A model generated the notes under the pieces. That model saw only the letters and a list, made by a program, of their open reading frames with translations, made no database searches and was not told the DNA's origin. A stretch of 60,000 bases of DNA, taken from Lama guanicoe (lineage: Eukaryota). A program made the position numbers and the translations under genes. Within the stretch, counting starts at the first letter, position 1. Each line of letters starts with the position of its first letter. The stretch lies in assembly GCA_013239625.1 (NCBI GenBank), contig MU055753.1, positions 4,266,153-4,326,152 of the forward strand, read 5' to 3'. Shown piece after piece: positions 55,360 to 60,000 of this stretch.

Positions 55360-55960
55360 TCCCCGCGGCCAAACACAGGGGAGAGCGGAGCCTAGCGGCC
55401 TTCCCGGAGGAGGTGACTCGGGCCGGGCGGGCCGCGCGCATTCCTGAGCCCTGAGTCAGCGCGGCCGCCCCCTCCGGCCGGGCCCGCCCCCGGCGCGCAC
55501 GCCCCTCGCTCCATGGCATTCCCGGGCGGGCGGTCCGGACGGGCGGGCGGGGACTCGGAGGCGCGGGCGCCCTCCGGGCCGGCGGCGGCAGCCCCTCCCC
55601 GAAGCCCTCAGGACCCCCGAAGACCCCAGTGCCGGCGGCGGCGGTGAGTGAGCGCGCCGGGAGCGGGGCGCGGGGCGCGGGCCGGGCGGGTTCCGGAGCT
55701 GCGCCCGCTGCGCGCGGGGATGGTCCTCAGCCCTTCACGGCCGGAGCCGCTCCGAGCGGCCAGAGTCTGGCCGCGTTCGGGCTTCGGGCGACTCTCCGAC
55801 CGAGGCGGCCGGACTTTCCTTCCCGGAGTTTCCCGAGCCGCCCAAGAGGCGGCCCAGCCCCAGATTCCTACCCCAGCGCGCCGCAAAAATAGCCCGTGGC
55901 CGGATTAGCACGTCCCAGCGGCCTGACCCGGCCGGACAGCTCGGCTCCAGCCCCCGCCCA
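55360..55960 (+). promoter_or_regulatory. RHBDF1: CpG-island promoter and probable non-coding exon 1 of RHBDF1 (iRhom1); coding exons lie right of the window
   Basis: CpG island with GC boxes, AP-1/ARE-like TGAGTCAGC (55452-55460) and a strong donor GCG|GTGAGT at 55643/55644. Gene identity is from conserved synteny (RHBDF1-MPG-NPRL3-HBZ); no RHBDF1 codons are in the window. Confidence 0.7.
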
Positions 55961-58944
55961 ACAGCTGAGGGTCCTGGGAGCGGGAGGTCTCGGAGTCCGA
56001 GGGTGTCCCCAGGCTCCTCTGTGCTGTACCCCCCCCCTTACGTTTCCCTTCCCGGCCACCGCCAGTGGGTGGTGTCTCCAAGTCGAAACTCCAGCTCAGA
56101 GGGTGGGACTTCTGCAGATCATCCCTGTCCCAGTCGTCCTCATTGGGGGTGGGAATAATTTCAGCAATAACAGCAGTAGCTGTGGAGCCAGGGATAGGGG
56201 ACTGACCCTAACTTGGGCTTCACAACCCGTCTTCCCACTCTGTGAACCCTGGAAGCTGCAGATGCTCGCTCCCCCTTCGCTGTGCTCAGTGGCTGGGAGG
56301 AGCAGGCCAGGACTGAGCCTAAGGCCACCCCCAGTGCCTTGAAGCAGGCCTTTTTCTGGCTGAGGAGATGGCTGGAACCCCGTGCTCAGGGCACTGGGGA
56401 GGGCCTTGCTGGGGACAGGTCTGTGGGGTGGGGAATAGACCAGGGTTCCAGATGGTCCTGAACAAAGTTCCTTCTTCTGTGTATGCAGCTTGGTGTTGTG
56501 TATTTCTGTGTCTGTCTGGGTGGGCAGGGTGGGGGTCTGGAGGCCCTAGCCCTGCTGAGAAAAGTTCCCCCCACCCCCATCTTGGGATTTCCTGGCAGAG
56601 AAGATTCAAGGATGAAACTGGCTTTTCAGGTTTGGCCCAGCTACATGCTGGGTTCTCCCCACCCCCATGGAGCCAACCCCAGCCCCTGTAGCCCCCACCC
56701 AGAGGTTAGGAGGAATTGGCAGCCTAGCAGTGGCTGGGCCCAAGGGATTCCTGAGGCTGCGCCCCCTGCCACCGGGGTTATTCTGGGCAAGCTGGGTACT
56801 TTTCCTTGAGAAGAGCAGGGGCTACTAGCAGGGGCTGGTAGTGGGGCACAGGAGTTGAGGGGCCCTGGACTGAAGGTGCCAGGCCCCAGGCCTTGTCCCA
56901 AACCCTCCAAGCAGGCTGCACCTATTGCACAGACAGGCTGACCGAGGGCAGCAGAGCTGGGCATCACCATGAGCAGCATCCCTAATCCAGCATTAGAGGG
57001 CCAGACACACCATTGCCCCAGAAGCTCGAATTCTAAGGGAGCCCTTGGTTCAGAGGGAATCACCCAGCTCTCACCTTCCTTCCAGGGCCCACCCTCAGGG
57101 TCTTCCTCGTTCAGGCACACCCTACTGCTCCTCTCCCCAGATGTGAGGGGCTCCCCTTCGCCAGCTCCAGTTCCCCCGCCCTTAGTGTCTGTGACAGGAT
57201 GGACTTTCTGCCCAAGGATCAAATTCCTTAGCTTCTGCCTGTTTTCTGGGTTGGGTGACTCCCTCCTCCCTGAACTGAGATGCTCCACTGTGTGGAGGTG
57301 GGGTAGAGTTGAGGGGGGTGTGCCTCACAGCCTGAGGAGCCCAGATGATCTGCCCCTCCCCTAGAGGGCTGTGGCCTTCCCTACCCAGCTCCTGGGCAGA
57401 CATGGCCCCAGGCTTTGAACCCCCAGGAGGCTGGGTGGCCTCAGGCAGTGACTGGCCTCTCTGAGCCGAGCCTTAATTTCTGATCTGTAAGATGGACACA
57501 GAGGACCCCCTCCAGGGGTTGTGGCAGGTCAGTGGGATGAGCTAGAGTCAGGTTTGAGGCAGGTGTGCCAGGCTTCTGAGGACTGGGGCCGTTTCTACTC
57601 TGATAATAGACTGCAGGGACCCCCTAGGGCCTCTTGGATGTCATCCAGCCCCGATGTGTCCTGGGAAGGGCTGCTAAGTCTGAGTGTAGATGGGCACTGG
57701 GGAGCACATGTGGGGTCATCAGGGGCACTTCTGGGATCTTTGACTGGTGACCAGGCTGCTCTTCTTCCCTCTGGCCAGGCCCATTGATGGGATGTGGGTC
57801 TTTCCACTCTGCAGTTTGAGAGGTGCTTGCACCCAGCTACTGAGATCCAGCTGGACCCCAGATTGTCATACCCAGAACCTGCTGTAGCTAAGTCCATGCA
57901 TGCCCTGCCCCCTTGCTGACTATGTGGCACAGACAGGTCGTCCAAGCTCTCTGAGCCTCAGGGCTCCCGGCCCCCAGGGTGTTTCCACCTTGTCAGACCC
58001 AGAGGGGTCACAGGCTTTCATTCTGGCGGTCAGTGACTCCCTGGGCCATATGTGCCTGTCCAGCCTTTGGGCAGCGCCCCCTCATAGGGCCAGTGCAGGC
58101 TCCCTTTCCTGTACTGCCCTCCTGGGGCAGGTCCCAGAGTCCCAGGGCCTCCTGCAGTGGGGGGCCTCCTGTTGTCCTGTATTGGCCCCTGCATGCTCAT
58201 TTGGGGTGGCGGCTAGCGATGGGTGACTTGGGGAGGCAGAGATCCGATGTGTCCTCCCGGGGATAGGCACGGGGCACTGAACAGTCCACCAGCCCGCTCT
58301 CAGGTCTGCCCTGAACCTCATAGCTTCCACAGAAAAGCAGAGGGGTTGCTGAGAGGGTTGAGGAGGCCCTGGCCAGTAACATTCTCAACGTGACGCCATG
58401 TACAGATGTGGTCAAGAGGCACCAAGAAACCAGCTGACTATTGCTTTGTGGCCTAGTAGCACGTGGTGGAGGCTACCTTCTAGGCTGTAAGACAGCTGAT
58501 GACCCCCTCCCAAGGGAGATCTGGGGTTGGGCATCAGGTTAGGAGTCAAGTGGAAGATGGTCAGAGGGCAGGGCTCAAGTGGGAAGGACCATGCTAAGAG
58601 GAGCTGGGGACACATCTGGGCAGGTGTCCTGGGGCCACGCCATCCACTTGGCCTCCAGCTGCCCCAGTGGGTGTCGTCTTGCGAGTGCACAAGGCAGGCC
58701 TATGTGCCATAGTGGAGGGTCCAGCTTTACCGTGGCCACGGCCACTGTCCAGATCTGGGTGGGCCCAGGCTTCTCCCCTGTCTCCTGCCTCTTGGCCACA
58801 CCCTCCCAGACTGGGCCTTGCTGAAGTCTCGCCCCAGGTCTCCCCGTGGCTTGGGCCCTGGCTGCACGAGCTCCTCAGGGAGCTCCCCACAGCCAGCAGG
58901 CATCACCAGCCTGTCTGTTTTCTTTATTAAAAAGAAAAACAACC

Positions 58945-59075
58945 TGGGGGGGAGGGAGTAATTAGATTTAATTAATTAATTAATTAATTAATTTTTAATG
59001 GAGGTACCGGGGGTTGAATCCAGGATCTTGCACATGCTAAGCATGTACTCTACTACTGAGCTGTACCCCACCCCC
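58945..59075 (-). mobile_element. tRNA-derived SINE (Vic-1-like)
   Basis: aatggaggtaccgggggttgaatccaggatcttgcacatgctaagcatgtactctactactgagct. Confidence 0.88.
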
Positions 59076-59084
59076 ACCCTTCTT

Positions 59085-60000
59085 TCTTTTTAATGGAATT
59101 ATAATTGATTTACAGTATTATATTTTTAGGTCCAGCCTGTTTTTTTAATGTTGATTGATTGATTGATTGAAGTGTAGTTGATTTGCAATGTTGCGTTACT
59201 GCCTGATGTATAGGATGGTGATACACTTATACATATATATATTCCTCTTTTAAAAAATTTTATTTTTTATTGAAGTGTAGTTGATTTACATATATTCCTT
59301 TTCGTATTCTTTTTCATTATAGGCTATTACAAGATTTTTTTTTATTGAAGTATAGTCAGTTTACCATGCTGTGTCAATTTCTGATGTACAGCATAATGTT
59401 TCAGTCATACATATACATACATGTATTCGTTTTCATATTCTTTTTCGTTATAGGTTACTATAAGATATTGAATATACTTCCCTGTGCTATACAGTAGAAC
59501 CTTGTTGTTTATCTATTTTATGTATAGTAGTTAGTATCTGCAAATCTTGAACTCTGAATTTATCCCACCACTCCACCATCCCCCTGGTTAACTGCAAGTT
59601 TCTTTGTGAGTCTGTCTCTGTTTTGTAAATAAGTTCATTTGTCCCTTCTTTTTTTTTAGATTCCACATATAAGTGATATCATCTGGTATTTGTCTTTCTT
59701 TTTCTGGCTTACTTCACTTAGAATGATGATCTCCAGGTCCATCCATGTTGCTGCAAATGGCATTATTTTATTCTTTTTTATGGCTGAGTAGTAGTCCACT
59801 ATATGTACGTATGTGTATGTGTAGGGGTGTATGTGTGTGTGTATATATCTATATACACACACACACCCACATCTTCTTTATCCAGTCATCTGTCAATGGA
59901 CATTTAGGTTATTTCCATGTCTTGGCTATTGTAAGTAGTGCTGCTGTGAACACTGGGGTGCACGTATCTTTTTGAATTAGAGTTTCCTCCGAATGTATGC
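59085..60000 (-). mobile_element. Stack of L1 3' ends followed by a younger L1 3' UTR/ORF2 end running off the window
   Basis: Repeated attgaagtRtagttgattt termini; peptide YYSAIKKNKIMPFAATWMDLEIIILSEVSQ is the classic L1 ORF2 end; internal (TG)/(TA)/(CA) microsatellite. Confidence 0.9.

Noticed and set aside
59656..59862. ORF with protein-like peptide YYSAIKKNKIMPFAATWMDLE
   Set aside because: L1 ORF2 C-terminal remnant, not a host gene.

Overview
Mammalian genomic DNA, very probably camelid (six copies of a tRNA-derived SINE resembling camelid Vic-1). It is the upstream regulatory half of the alpha-globin locus, reversed relative to the human reference orientation. From left to right: exon 1 and promoter of embryonic zeta-globin (HBZ, minus strand; the rest lies left of the window); an L1/SINE-rich spacer with a candidate MCS-R4 enhancer; the complete NPRL3 gene (plus strand, 13 coding exons, 1710 nt = 569 aa), whose introns carry the alpha-globin enhancers (clear MCS-R2/HS-40, candidate R3 and R1) and several CTCF motifs; the complete MPG gene (minus strand, 4 coding exons, 276 aa), tail-to-tail with NPRL3; and the CpG-island promoter and probable non-coding first exon of RHBDF1. 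I found no new gene system; nearly all listed ORFs are GC-rich noise. The most unusual observations are: (1) two old inverted L1 copies homogenised to about 95% identity that bracket the R4 candidate, with a telomere-like (CCCTAA)n filler at the tract edge; (2) a zeta promoter with no CCAAT box and a cap-proximal ATG; (3) an NPRL3 exon that rebuilds a strong 5' splice site after splicing; (4) a near-perfect 224-bp duplication just upstream of the RHBDF1 promoter. Comparisons with human sequence are from memory, not from an alignment.
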